A stretch of 64,000 nt of DNA from NCBI GenBank assembly GCA_013265495.1, contig MU061578.1:1869308-1933307 (forward strand), written 5' to 3'. The notes beneath the pieces are model-generated. The model searched no databases. It had not been told where the DNA came from and worked only from the letters and a program-made list of their open reading frames with translations. This DNA comes from Vicugna vicugna (lineage: Eukaryota). A program made the translations under genes and the position numbers. This document shows positions 51,936 through 64,000 of this stretch, piece after piece (the stretch's first letter is position 1; each line of letters starts with the position of its first letter).

Positions 51936-52153
51936 CAGTGATTCTCCACCAGGGGCAGTTTTGCTTTCCTGAGGACACTGGCAATATCTAGAGACATCTT
52001 GATGATCATAACCAAGGGAATGGGTGCTATTGGCATCTCGTGCTGCTAAATATCCTGTAATGTACAAGACAGCCTCCACCCCTACCTCCCCCAACCGCTA
52101 ACAAAGATTTACCCAGCCCAAAATGTCAATAGCGCAGAGGTTGAGAAACCCTG
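51936..52153 (+). mobile_element. MER20 (hAT-Charlie MITE)
   Basis: Termini cagtgattctc...gagaaaccctg; internal cagcccaaaatgtcaatagcgcagaggttgag. Near-TSD gcttagag / ccttagag. Confidence 0.9.
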
Positions 52154-53750
52154 GCCTTAGAGTAGGAAAAGTTATCAGGCAGAGATCAAAGCCCATGAGA
52201 CTGACCCCCCAGACACAGAAGGATCTTCCCATGGTTCCAGCTCTTGCTATGAAACACAGAATAGCTTAAACATCTGATATTACTTTTTCTATCCATCAAG
52301 TTGAAATAAGAGCAAAACCGAATGTCTCTGAAGTTCCGTATGGTTTAGATAGTGTTTGCCACGATCTATGCTAGTCTTCAGCAATCACTGACAATGGAGA
52401 AGTCCACGGAGCTGGGGGCTGGTACCATCACCACTAGGGGTGTAGGAATAGCAGAGCAATCTACCACGGGAGTTCAGATGCAGCTGAGGTGGCTTCCTAG
52501 GAGGATTCTGATCATGCAGGCTGTTATATCTGACCAGTGTGGCCAGAATAGGGCTGAGGGAAGCTGCAGAGATCGCATTTACCCACCGAAGTCACCACGA
52601 TGATACAATCCAAATACATGGACCTGAGAGCATGTGACAAGACCACCTGGAAAGAAATCACTGAGGGTTCAAGGAAGAGCTGATTAAGCTACTCTCCTTC
52701 CCCTAAAAAGACACATTACATAGTAAAAGAAAAATCAACAGATAATGTTTCTGTGTTTAGAGGCAAATATACAGTAATAAATAAAAATTACAGTCAGTGA
52801 CAAGACTTACATTTTGAGGATTATAGTTCAAAATGAGGCACTTTTTGACTCATCAGAGGTGACTAACCTTTTACAAGGCTGCAAGGTCATAACGCAGAGT
52901 CGTCTCCCGCTGACCATGGCGGTGAATATAAAATTAGCATATTTCACTCTTAACAGGAAAGGCCTTTCAGGTCTGCTTCATTATGTAAAACGATTATTCT
53001 AAGTAGGTAGCTCTTCAATTCCCCATTAATAACAGAGGAATTTCTTTACTATTGGCCTTTCTTTTTTTACCTTTTCTTTCCAGATTGAAAATATAGTACA
53101 TGTTTCTTTGGGGGAAAAAAGAGGTTTAAAGATGTCTTTAACATAGAAGAATTCACTTATAAAAACCCCCAAAATTACTCCATTATCATAGTGATGAATA
53201 TTTATTTTTAAAATGCATATATATGTATGCACATCTACGTATCTGTGTGATTTTGAATACTGTGTAAGGACACATCTTGCATGTTTTTAGAATGGGCAGA
53301 ATGTTAAATATTCTGGAAGACAGGAAATCTGCACCTATGTCTGCTTGTTTTGAGAAAGAAGATCAGTCTGTCGCTACAATCAATGTTGTTCAAGTTTTCT
53401 GTCACTTGCAGCTAAAAGCGTTTCTAACAAATACAGAAGCTCAACCTCAACCATGGCTAGAACTGACCCCATGAAAACAGAATATGGCACACTCCCCAAG
53501 GATGCCATGGCCACATGCCCTGGAGGAAGAGGAAGATCTTCCTCCCTCTGTCCTAAGAGCAGGTTACCACATGTCTTTCTCAGGGTTAACACCATTTGGT
53601 TCAGTCCATCCTGCAACAGTCAGTATCTCAACTCTGGAGTTGTAATACAAGGCCTCTTAAAAGGAAAAAAAAAAAAAAGTAGGTCTTGCGTTGTCCCAAG
53701 AGAAGGTGAAGCCATCGGACCAACCCAGTCCCGCTGGAGCAGCTGCACAC

Positions 53751-54230
53751 TGACAGGGTTCAGGACACGCTGCCCCAAATATGGCACCTTGGCATACGAA
53801 ATATTTCAGACTGAAGGGATTTGATGAATGGCATGAGCAGAAAAGACTTTCAGACCTTCCCCTGAAGCAGGTCATAAAACTGTCCCGTGAGAGGTGCCCT
53901 CCCTATACCTGGAGGAAAGGAGCATCCTCACCTCTGAAGACAGAGGGACACGGAGGAGTCTGGACGAACGGGCTACGTTTCCCCTAGTTGATTACACTCA
54001 GTTCAAACCCCTTGTCCCAGTGTATCTTTCCCCGACCTCCCATGCTCCTTCAAACCCAGCATAAAGACACCCAGGTTTAACCATTTCTTGAGGTTTTCAT
54101 TTCCTTATCAAGACTCCTGAGCCATGTGAAACTTCAATACATCTGTAGGCTTTCCTCTTGTTAGTTTGTCTATTGCGACAGTTGAGCACCTAGAAGGGTA
54201 AGAGGCAAAAGGTACTTTTCCTCTGCTACA
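53751..54230 (+). mobile_element. MER34-family ERV1 solo LTR
   Basis: TG...CA termini; gctgccccaaatatggcaccttggcata...cccctgaagcaggtcataa...gaggtgccctccctatacctggaggaaagg. 4-bp flanks acac / atac. Confidence 0.85.
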
Positions 54231-54502
54231 ATACCTAGCTAGAGGACTATCTAGAGTTGAAAAGTCTAGGTCCCCGTCCCCATCTTTATTATTAGGTCTT
54301 TGTGAATTTCTCACTTTGCAGTGTTTCTATCTGCAGAAAGAAAATAAAATCCTTTAATATATATATACATATATATGTTTTTTTTTTTATAAAGCTCAAA
54401 GGGATAGATATACAAGCTCTCGTCATGAACAACAGCAGGTGTGCTGGCCCTCACTGGGGGAGCCCAATATGAATCTGTATGGATCAAGCAAGAATTCAGC
54501 TA

Positions 54503-54735
54503 TATAAATTAGGAGCTTGTGATTGACAGATACACACTACTATATATAAAATAGATGAAGAACAAGGACCTACTGTATAGCACAGGGAACTACATTCAAG
54601 TTCTTATAATAACCTATAATAGAAAAGACTCTGAAAAAGAATAAATAAATATATATATGTATAACTGAATCACTTTGCTGTTCACCAGAAACTAACAGAA
54701 CACTGTATATCAACCAGACTTCCGATAAAAAAAAA
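54503..54735 (+). mobile_element. 5'-truncated L1 3'UTR
   Basis: ataaattaggag...aacaaggacctactgtatagcacagggaacta...gaatcactttgctg...A-tail. Confidence 0.9.
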
Positions 54736-56214
54736 GTTGGAGATTCATGTACTAATAGTCTTAGGGAGCTATTTCTAGTCAGATTCCTAATGATTTACTA
54801 GAGATAAATTTATTTTCAGAGACTTTAAATTTTTTGTTAATTTCAAGTGTTTAACATCTAACCAATTTTCACCAGATGGTTCCATCTTCATTATTTATCT
54901 AAAGCAGTCATATTTATATTTAACAGCTATTGTTGGAGGGAGATTATCGCATTGTTGGAATTTGAAGTTTTCCTGATCCATATTTTACTGTTTCAGAAAA
55001 TGTCTAGTTTTCTAAATTACGACTCAAATCTCTGTTTCTTAGGAAATTCATTCTTGGCATCCTCAGTCAATCCTTTGGGGAGATAAATTTTTCATAAAGT
55101 TATTCAGAAAGCCATTTCGTGACCATTATAAAACACTGACTGAAGCTATTAATGATTTTTATAGGTTTTTATAATGTGAGAGGAACCGATTAACTCTGCG
55201 TATTGAAATATACTAAAAACTTATTTTTCAAGAAAAGAATTAGGCAACGGAGCTAAATAAGAAATGGAGTGGAGACTTTCATACCAGTTGTCTATGGACT
55301 CCCTCTGCTCAGTTGTAGGATGAGCAGCTAGAAGCCCTGTCTCAGCTAGAAGGACCTGAGACATCATCTGGTTCCCATCCCACCTCTAGGCAGAAGAATA
55401 ACAAAATCATCCTGCGTCTACAGCTTACCTTCCTTCCACTCCCAGCTTCCTTGACGGTTGGGAAGATCTCAGGAGGAAAGTGGGTTGAACCTTAGGGCAG
55501 AGGAAGGTAAGGACCTCAGTGTTGGTGGATGCATCCCATACACCTGTACATTCAGAGTTTTCAAGGCTTAATCATGTCAGGCTTTACCGGCAAGTTTCTG
55601 GTGTTGCCTTCCCTCTCATCTCGGAAAGACACGTGTACGAGAAGAGATGGCAATGGGTTCAATTCAAACTAAGAAAATAGACCTCCTCATAGGAAGTCTA
55701 GGGGTGATTTGCATTTTTAACTCCTAGCTAAGTTTCTCTCCAGGTAAGCAGCAGGTCTCTAATGATGTGAAAAAACCCACAGAGCCGTGGGAATGTAACA
55801 CACAGCGTAAGCAACAAAGAGGGGGGAGAGCCTATCAATTCCAAGAAAGGAGGGGCCCATCTTTACAGGTGCTTTGCATCGTCTGTGAAGATGCTTTCAC
55901 ATTCTCCAGCATCTTCACACCAAACCAGCTCCCTAAGAGAAGAGGAACTGTTCAGCTCAGACTTGTAATGTACTTGTTATGACTTCTCCTGTCCCCACTT
56001 TATCCCACTCTGTGCAGAAAGTAACACTTTCTAAGCTGTCCACACTTTCTAAGCTTCTCAAAAACTTTGGAAAGGTTTCCAATTTTATATGACAAACATT
56101 TTCAAAATTCTCCTTCAGGTTAGAAGATAAAGAGCAAAAAATATTAACACCTGAATGTTCCAGCCAGGTCACAAAAATGAGGAAAGTGTATAAATGATTC
56201 TGGTCTATAAATGG

Positions 56215-56556
56215 CCTGGCGATAAACAAACACTCAACCTCAATGTAAGAGAAACACTATAGGGAGTGCTGGGGACTGGGGGAAATGGACTAGGATGTGC
56301 CCCAAGAAAAAGAGGCAGCCAGCGACTACTTGACACCAATCATTGCCTTGATAACGATGGGAATTCTGTTTTGCCAAATATTCTAGTTTCTCCAGTAGAG
56401 ACAGAAATGCAGGTTTTTTTTTTTTCTGTAAAAGTTCTGATTCTTTAAAGCAGTGGCAATTAACTTGATGTTTTAAATTGCAGGCCAAATAAAGCATGTC
56501 CACCATGCACAATTGTGTGAACATTTCTTCATGGCACAGTCAGTCGATATTTGCTG
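56215..56556 (+). mobile_element. MER102-like hAT-Charlie element
   Basis: ggcagccag...cattgcc...ttgccaaatattctagttt...agagacagaaatgcagg...ggcaattaact...caggccaaataaagcatgtc. Confidence 0.65.
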
Positions 56557-57469
56557 ATCGGTTTATACCATGCACTTTGTGAGATGAAGGGGAGAAAACT
56601 GTGTCTGGAAGGGGTCCCTAGCCCCAGGATGGAGACAGATAAGTAAAGAGGTGAGCTCAGAAGGACCAGGGACCTGGTGGATTTCACCCTCTGCTAAATG
56701 TCCAGCCAAGGATCATGCGTACCACAGGCACTAAGTATGTGTTTGTTGAATGAAAAAAAAAAAAAAACAAAGATGTCATTTACATTCCCTCCAGCCCTGA
56801 AGTAGCATTCTTCCTCATGTTTATAACCTTACTTTCAGTGTGATAGGTGTGTTTCCACAGAAAGAAATTAAAGCACAAATATAAAAAGGAAAAACAATGT
56901 CAAAAATTCTATATCCCATGCAGAAATATATACCATTACTAGTGGTGAAAGCTTTAAGTAGTCATCTTACTAAAATGGGATTTTGCTCTTACTATAGTTT
57001 CCAAAATAGAACCTCTTACATTATGTACTATTACACACTATAATCATACTTTATTATATATTGTTTAGTTTCTATGGATAGAAACTAAAGAAATTACTGC
57101 ATTTCAGATAAATATATGTATATATATTTATTCCATGAGCAATTAATGACTACAATATCCCTCTAAAGTCAAGAAAAAATATTATGAAGTAAACTAAGAA
57201 TTCAGACTTGCTTTTTAAAACTTCATCTCTATTGTCACCTATCTATAATCGATGGGTCAAATGGAAAGGGCATTATCATTCAATGAGGGCGATAATTATA
57301 TCAATATAAGGCATTCTACTTCTGAGGGATGCTTGCACCCCAGGAGAACAATTTTAGAAACCTAAACCACCTTGAACTCCCTCTTCTTCAACCCTCTTAA
57401 CCACCTCCCCTAGCAAAAAACAAACAAACAAACAAACAAAAAACCCTGAAAAAGAAGTCAAAAACCAAA

Positions 57470-57890
57470 AGCCTTGATTGTCATCATCCCAGGTAACATT
57501 GCCTGTCAAACAGATTGCCTCTCCTTAATCTTGTCATTTAGCTTCCAAATTATGCAGAGATAAATGAGTGCAGCAACCTTTTGGCTGCTAGATAATTTTA
57601 TCAGCCTCATTTATGGCTTTCTATAGATTGCATTAACTGCCATTTCTCAAGAGATAAAAGATAAAAGTGTGCCTTATGCAAAAATGTGCCGCTGAACCAT
57701 GGGAGCCTTGGAAGCCACTAACAGCATTTGGGGGCCGAAAGGAAAAGGTGAGGATAGTCAATAATCCATCAGCGGCAGGGTTAATTTTGATCACTGTCAT
57801 GGGCACCTCGAGCCAGAAGCCTGTTTGGCAGGTGTGTGTTGAGCCATTGCTGAAATCTGTCCTGGGGAAACCTCCAAGCAGCTCCAAATA
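57470..57890. promoter_or_regulatory. Candidate developmental enhancer / conserved non-coding element
   Basis: Apparently repeat-free block with TGATGGAT (minus, 57764-57771), TGACAG (minus, 57503-57508 and 57794-57799) and TTTATGG (57610-57616). Conservation not tested. Confidence 0.45.
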
Positions 57891-58216
57891 GAACCTGAGG
57901 CAGAGCTCTGTACCTTCTAATCTTTTCTCTCTATTTTTTTTTTTAAACAAATGTACCTACTTAGAAAAAGTACTTCTTTGATGACATTTCAAGTCACTAT
58001 CTTAAGAGTTAAGTACATTACAATGAGCTCACTTGTACTATGGATACAGACAAAAAAAAAAAAAAAGACTATGGGCTTAAAAATTTGCTGTTCTTGAGGG
58101 GATCATCAGGGGAAGGGAGAGGACATTTCCCAGGGCAAAATATGAAACGGCAAAAGATTAGATTAAATAAACGAGAGCTGCCCGCTGAAATCACTGTTAG
58201 CTGAAAAAATACAGGC

Positions 58217-58358
58217 TCTTGTGGTGGCTCGCAGTGAAAGAGAACGTGACAATGAATGTATGTATGTCATACATAAGTAAAAAATCGTGCTTTACACTAG
58301 AATTTGACACAACATTGTAAAATGACTATACCTCAATAAAAAAAAATTTAAAAAAAAA
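58217..58358 (+). mobile_element. Short young L1 3' end
   Basis: gtgacaatgaatgtatgtatg...ttgacacaacattgtaaaatgactatacctcaataaaaaaaa. Confidence 0.85.
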
Positions 58359-58364
58359 GCTTGC

Positions 58365-58615
58365 GGTAGTAGTGTTGACACGAGTGGCTATGTTGGTTGA
58401 AATTCGTCCAAATGAACCCCTAAAATGAGTGCATATTATGGACTGTAAACTCTACTCCAATATTTTTTTAATGTGGCTTCCTGATATTGACATGGTACTA
58501 TACATAAGATGCCACCACTGGGGAAATCTGGGTGATGGGTACACGGGAACTCTGGATTAAGGCTGCAACCTCCTGTGAGTCTATAATTATTTCAAAATTA
58601 AAAGTTTGAAAAGAA
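58365..58615 (+). mobile_element. Two old L1M 3'-terminal fragments
   Basis: taaaatgagtgcatattatggactgtaaactctactccaata; ctggggaaatctgggtgatgggtacacgggaactct...ttcaaaattaaaagttt. Confidence 0.75.
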
Positions 58616-58649
58616 AGTATTGTGGCTGACACTGAGGGAAGGTTTATGA

Positions 58650-59140
58650 ATACATTCAACAAAAATACTAAGCATCTATGATTACCAACTCCTGGCAACA
58701 CGGCAGCGAGTAAGTCAGAGAAGGCCTCTGCCCCCATGGAACCTAGGTTCTAGTGAGGGTAGCAGATGAAGAAAAAGAATGAAAATGAGCACCTAAATTA
58801 GTGTTTATTAAAACAAGAATCAAGAAAGAAGCAATCCAGCAGAGATGAAGGAAAACGGGGTTAGAGCAGGGGGTTAAAGGGAAGGACCCTTTTAACAGGT
58901 GAGGTTTTCGTGGATTTGTAAAAAGGAGGAGAGGGGACCAGCTTGGCAAAGAGTGTGGGAAGGAGCGGACCAGGCAGAAGGAACAGCCCTCCGGCTGTCA
59001 GGGCAGTGGGATGGAGCTTGGCTTGCTCAGAGAGCTGAAAGGGATTCCGCGGAGCTGGAGTGAAGTGAGCTGGGAGGGAGGAGGCTGGAGGGATAGGCTG
59101 GAAGGGTGGTCCCGAGGCGGGTTTGACCAGTGCCTTAAAA
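58650..59140 (-). mobile_element. L2 LINE
   Basis: cattcaacaaaaatactaagcatcta...ggcctctgcccccatggaacct...caggcagaaggaacagc. Confidence 0.8.
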
Positions 59141-61060
59141 GGGAAATATCAACTTCATCAATTTCCAAATACTTTCAAGACTCACCTTCAGTTTTCAAAT
59201 TCAGGAAAACGGTGACCAGCCACTCCCGCTTTCTGTTGTTTAGATGACCCCAGACCCTACTCTCAATGCCTGTGAAAGAAGCCTGTTATTGTCAGGTGAA
59301 CAGGCTAGAGGAGCCCAATCATCTGCTGATTCCACGTACGTCTGCCACTTCGTCAAAGACTAGTAGGATCGCTTAGGCTCGTCTTCAAACAGGACTATTT
59401 TTAACACCCATCACTGTCTTCTTAAACCAAAACCGGTAGGTAGCGAAAAGCCTAGAAATGGGATAAGCAGAGCACGCTGTTTTCAATTTTTATCCAAAGA
59501 AAAAGAAAAAAAAGAAGAAGAGAGAAAGAGAGAGAGAGAGAACAGTCTATCCATGATGTGTGGTGTCAGGAGAAGCAATATGATTGAAATATTATGGAAA
59601 GTCACTGCCTTTACCACCAATGCCAGCTCACAACTGTAGACCAAGGGTACCTGGTGCTACTTAATTCAGAGGAACCATAAATCTGGGGCCCGCAGAAACA
59701 TCTGACAGCAGTTAAAGATGTTTTGTAAATGTGCATACATATTTATAAACATGGCAGCAGAAGCAGATGAACAGAATAAGTGTGCTTGCCCTAAAGTCAT
59801 CTGAAAGTCAAAAAATGCCATTAATTACTTTGTCACGACAACCTTGTTCAATTTCATCTCAGGTGACTTATCAGCTTTGATACAGAACTGAAATTTTAAT
59901 ACCAAATTGCAACCAGCTACAGAGGCAGCATACCTTAAAACACAGAGCTCCCCTTTCTTCTAGGCAACATTAAGCTAATCTGCCCTGACAGAAGAGGACT
60001 CTTCGGAAGTAGCTAGCAAGTCTCCCAAATATGAAGCAGTAACCCAAATGTCAATTACTTTTCCAGTGGTAGACAAATTGCTAGCACACTAATGCAATTT
60101 AAGCCCAATAATTAGATAACAGGACTACAGAGAGGGCCTGGTGACAGAGCTTCTGAGATAATAGAATGTAGTGTCCTACTTCTTAAATATTAACATCATT
60201 CTGTCTCAGTCAATCGGTTTATGGTAATTTAAAAAAAGGGCAAAGCAAATTCCTTTTATTGCTAATAATATTGTGCTACTGCAGAGTTAGCTTTGAAGGT
60301 TAACAATCTATGGGGTCAAAATTTAATCATGTGTTATTGTGCATTCATGCATTTTTCTTTCATCTCTTTCTTTTGGAATGCCCTCTTTGTGGAAAACCAA
60401 GGGATGGTGAGAAACCCAGATGTATATGCAAATACACACACACACATACACACACACCACAATGCACTGACAACAGACATCCAACTTAATTAACAACAAT
60501 ATAGAGAAGTCAACCCCTTCGTATCACATACATTCTAAAATATCTCGACTTGATCAGCTTTTCTTCCCCCCAATAAGTGGCTCACTTTAAGGACATTATT
60601 GATACGTCTACAGACTAGTCTCAAATGTCACATGCCACCCCCCTCCCCATCACCATGATACTCATCTTTTCACGTTTAGCTTCAAATACCTCCATAAAGT
60701 AATTGTTCAAATTTCAATTAAACAGTGGCTTCGTCTTTTTTTGGGGTGGTTGGGTAAATTTTGTTATTTTTACTTAGTAGATTTTTAAAGTGCCTAATGG
60801 GTTCTGAAGTTTCTAGAACCTTCTCGAATAAGCCAGAACAAATATAAATCCCCCAAAGGCATTAGCTTCCTAATGGTTTCTATAAAATATCTGAATCAGT
60901 AGTCAGATGGGCTGATGTTCATCTGGTCACAAACAATAAGGATTCCAAAATGATTTAATCCAAGACCAAATTCTATATCTCCAGTTTCCTGACTGTATGA
61001 TAGGAGAAATTAGAGATTTAAAAACTTTTTTTTGAGGAAAATTTGGTGGAAAATAAGGTA

Positions 61061-61104
61061 AGAGAGAGAGAGAGAGAGAGAGTGTGTGTGTGTGTGTGTG
61101 TGTG
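61061..61104. repeat. Compound microsatellite (AG)n(TG)n
   Basis: Directly visible. Confidence 0.97.
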
Positions 61105-61429
61105 TTGGAAAAATGGGTGGAGTCTAAGTGTTGAATATTACCAACATTATAAGGAACAGAAATGCCTGGTGTTTCCCCCCATGTCTACCAAGATGTGTTT
61201 AGAGACGATAAGAAACAAAAAACTAGTTGGATAAAGAATAAAACAGAATTATGTACGTCCTTTTGGATGGTGGCCCGCCGGCCATTTGTGACAAAAATGA
61301 AAGCAACAGAGTTGACACCACATCGAGCGTGAACATGACTTTTCTGTGTACCTGTATTTGTGGATCCAGCACAGGCAGGTAACACAAATAAAAGACACTG
61401 GTCCAACAGGAATACTGTTAGGTACTTCC

Positions 61430-61585
61430 TTAAGAAAGCTCTAGAGTTGCATTCTGACTTATGTGTGAAATTGCCTTTACCTTCAGTTCTTGAGCAAAAT
61501 CCTTTTTTCCCTCTAACCCAGTGTCCTCTTCTACAAATCAGGGAGGATGGATTGAGTAACCTTAATACTCCTTTTAAGGCTGACA
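61430..61585 (+). mobile_element. MIR-like SINE
   Basis: ttgagcaaaatcc...ccctctaacccagtgtcctcttctacaaatcagggagg. Confidence 0.55.
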
Positions 61586-64000
61586 TGAAGACCCTGGGGC
61601 AACAGGGATGACAATAAATGATTGAGTCACCAGGCAGATCTCTTAGAGTGACCCCACATTCCTAGACAATGTTTGAGTATTGGAATAAAATAGCCTCAGG
61701 GACAGATACATGTGGTAAAAGACCATGGAGACACAGCTCATAAATGTTACGTATGAATGTGTAAAGCAAATAAAACCAATGGAATTAAAGACATAGCCTT
61801 TGTTTGCAAGAGGCCACATTAGAAACTACTTAATGATCTGACACAGCTATGTTTTTCTCACAACTCAGAACGTGATTTTTTGTTTATTCAGTGAAGTACA
61901 AGGTAAAGTGGTTGGCTTGCGCTTAAGGTCACGGGGAATCATACGCGTATTCTTGGTCCCATGCAGTCCTGTGGAACGTTCACAGTGGAGAACTGAACCT
62001 CCCATCTCCATCATGCTCCCTCTGACGTACAGTTAGTTCTGTTACAATGTCCATTTTGAAAACACACATGCATTCCACTGCATGGGTATAACACGGAACA
62101 ACTGGAGCATGATCTGCATTTCACGTTTGCTCATGCTTGATTTCATCTGTGAAAAACACTGGCTCCACACGGAAAACTCCACCCAGCTGAAATGAGCTCC
62201 ACAGAAACACACCCAAGCACACATCTCGAAGAGTGGCGTGCTATCCCAGTTCACAGCATATGCTATGAGTCACACTCATCTACATCTGGTGCCACAACTT
62301 TGCATCCAATTTCAGATAACTCTCCTTCACAGTAACTCACAGGCAGCACCCCTTCTGATGCCCACTTCCACAGAGAACTTCCAGTCTTCTTCGAAGGAAA
62401 GTGCCATATTTGTTGTAGCATTTATGCACTTAAGTCATTTAACACGGGTAAAACTGTGCAATTGTGTGTGTGTGTCATTTTGTGTCACTGATGAAGCTGC
62501 CCAGAGTCCCATTCTCCCCAGAAGCCCTGTGTTTTTTATTGTGTGATTTCTGCACAGTGCAGAGATTTTTCAGGAACACAGATGTCCTGTTATAGGAAAA
62601 CTATATGGTATATGTTCACACTAAGAGAAAGGGTAGATGGAATCACAACATTATCTGGGTTGTTTTTTTTTTCTCTTTCTCTCAATCAGATGACTCTACT
62701 ACATTTCAGACTCTTAAAATTGCAGTCTTTGGGGGCATACAATGAAAACGGTCCGACAAAGGGCTTGAGCACAGACACACAGGAAGACCATCCACCTTAT
62801 TAGGGAGGAGCCAGCTGCTCCTGCTGCAGCAGCTCTAATATAAATATATTGTATTTATCTTCCCAGAAATATTAGGTAGCCCATATTAGATGCTCTTTCA
62901 CTGTCTTTCAACATCAAGGTGTTCTCTGAGATAACAGAAGCAATTTGGCTTCCCTTCAAATGGTGTCCTCACAGCAGCTCATGGCCAGCACCCTCTGAAC
63001 ATCTTCATTTGTACTTTCCAAATGGTGTCATCTCTGGACCTGGCCATGTCCATCAACCCAAGCTGTTTGCCCAAGGTCAAACACCCCGAATGGTTGGGTG
63101 TCGGTGAACATTCCAGCTATAGTTTACGGCCGTGCTCAGGAGTGTTTGCACAGTCCAGGACATAACTTATGTGTTTTTCTTCCAGCCTTGATAACCTTCT
63201 GAGAGGTAGCTGTGGCTAAGGGTGTTGGCAGAGCAGTGTATAAATTTGTTGTGCTAGCAAGCATCCCATACAGGAAAAAAAATGTACAGTGAGCCCCCAA
63301 GTCTCCATTGACGTATGGTTTTACTTCTTTGCTGGTTTTCACAGATTAAACCCACCCACCCACCCCCACGTCCCTCCCCTCAAAAGTTTGAAGTGCACAG
63401 TGCCATGTGAATATGTAGATGACTTAAATGACCTGCATCAGGTGAGTATTATTTCGTTAATTCAAATCCGTTATATTATTACAGAGATTAAAGACCTTTT
63501 GGTCCAAAGTGCTAGAAAAGCAATAAATCTGAATTAGATCTACCATTTTAGTCACTCAGGATTAGACATTTTGGTGATGCGATCCATTAACGTGCTTTAA
63601 ATCTATTGATTCATCCTAGAAAGACACAATTTAAACTCAGAAGTCACAAAATGAACTTTCCATTAAGTTTGGGAGACTATGGTCACAGCTCATTTGACTT
63701 TTATGAACTAGAAAATGTGATGTAGACCACAATGGCATTCTATTAAGGGAAATCATGCATTTAACCATGTAGCAAAATACTGTAGTCAATTATGTGAACA
63801 CACACCTATTTTACACATGGCTGGTTCTCTGACTTTAAATTATTAAGGATGTGCATTTAGCTTGTTTTAAGGAGTATTTACTCCCAAGGAAGAGATCCAT
63901 GATAAAACTTTGTTCAAAACGTAAATGAATATTTTTTCATTTATATTAAAAATTTTTTTTCAATAAGAAACTGTAATCGAGCACAGAAACTTTGGCTGTA

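Noticed and set aside
38097..54230. Two same-orientation MER34-group LTRs as ends of one provirus
   Set aside because: Their bodies differ substantially, and the ~15 kb between them contains MIR, L2 and MER elements with no gag/pol/env. They are independent solo LTRs.
1..64000. CRISPR array, operon, prokaryotic or viral defence-type system, or a named host gene
   Set aside because: The sequence is mammalian repeat-rich non-coding DNA. It has no regularly spaced repeat-spacer array, no long non-TE ORF and no exon I can assign to a known gene.

Overview
This is mammalian genomic DNA, most likely from a camelid (alpaca, llama or camel). The evidence is a Vic-1-type tRNA-derived SINE and artiodactyl-type L1 3' ends. 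It reads as a large intron or intergenic region: I recognise no cellular protein-coding exon, RNA gene or CpG island, and the only ORFs with recognisable homology are decayed LINE-1 ORF2 pieces. The window is a layered transposable-element record. The oldest layer is a CR1/L3 fossil that still shows its RT motif, plus many MIR and L2 copies. Next come hAT MITEs (MER5, MER20, MER102), ERVL/MaLR and ERV1 solo LTRs and a ~4 kb old L1, then several younger L1 3' ends with target-site duplications. The most notable observations are an ERV-LTR-like fragment carrying a poly(A) tail and TSD (apparently retroposed by L1), two twin-primed (5'-inverted) L1 insertions, and repeat-free blocks with PBX-HOX/MEIS, CRE and CTCF motif grammar. 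I found no evidence for a new biological system. Repeat family names come from recalled consensus sequences and many boundaries are approximate; RepeatMasker/Dfam and alignment to human would be decisive.
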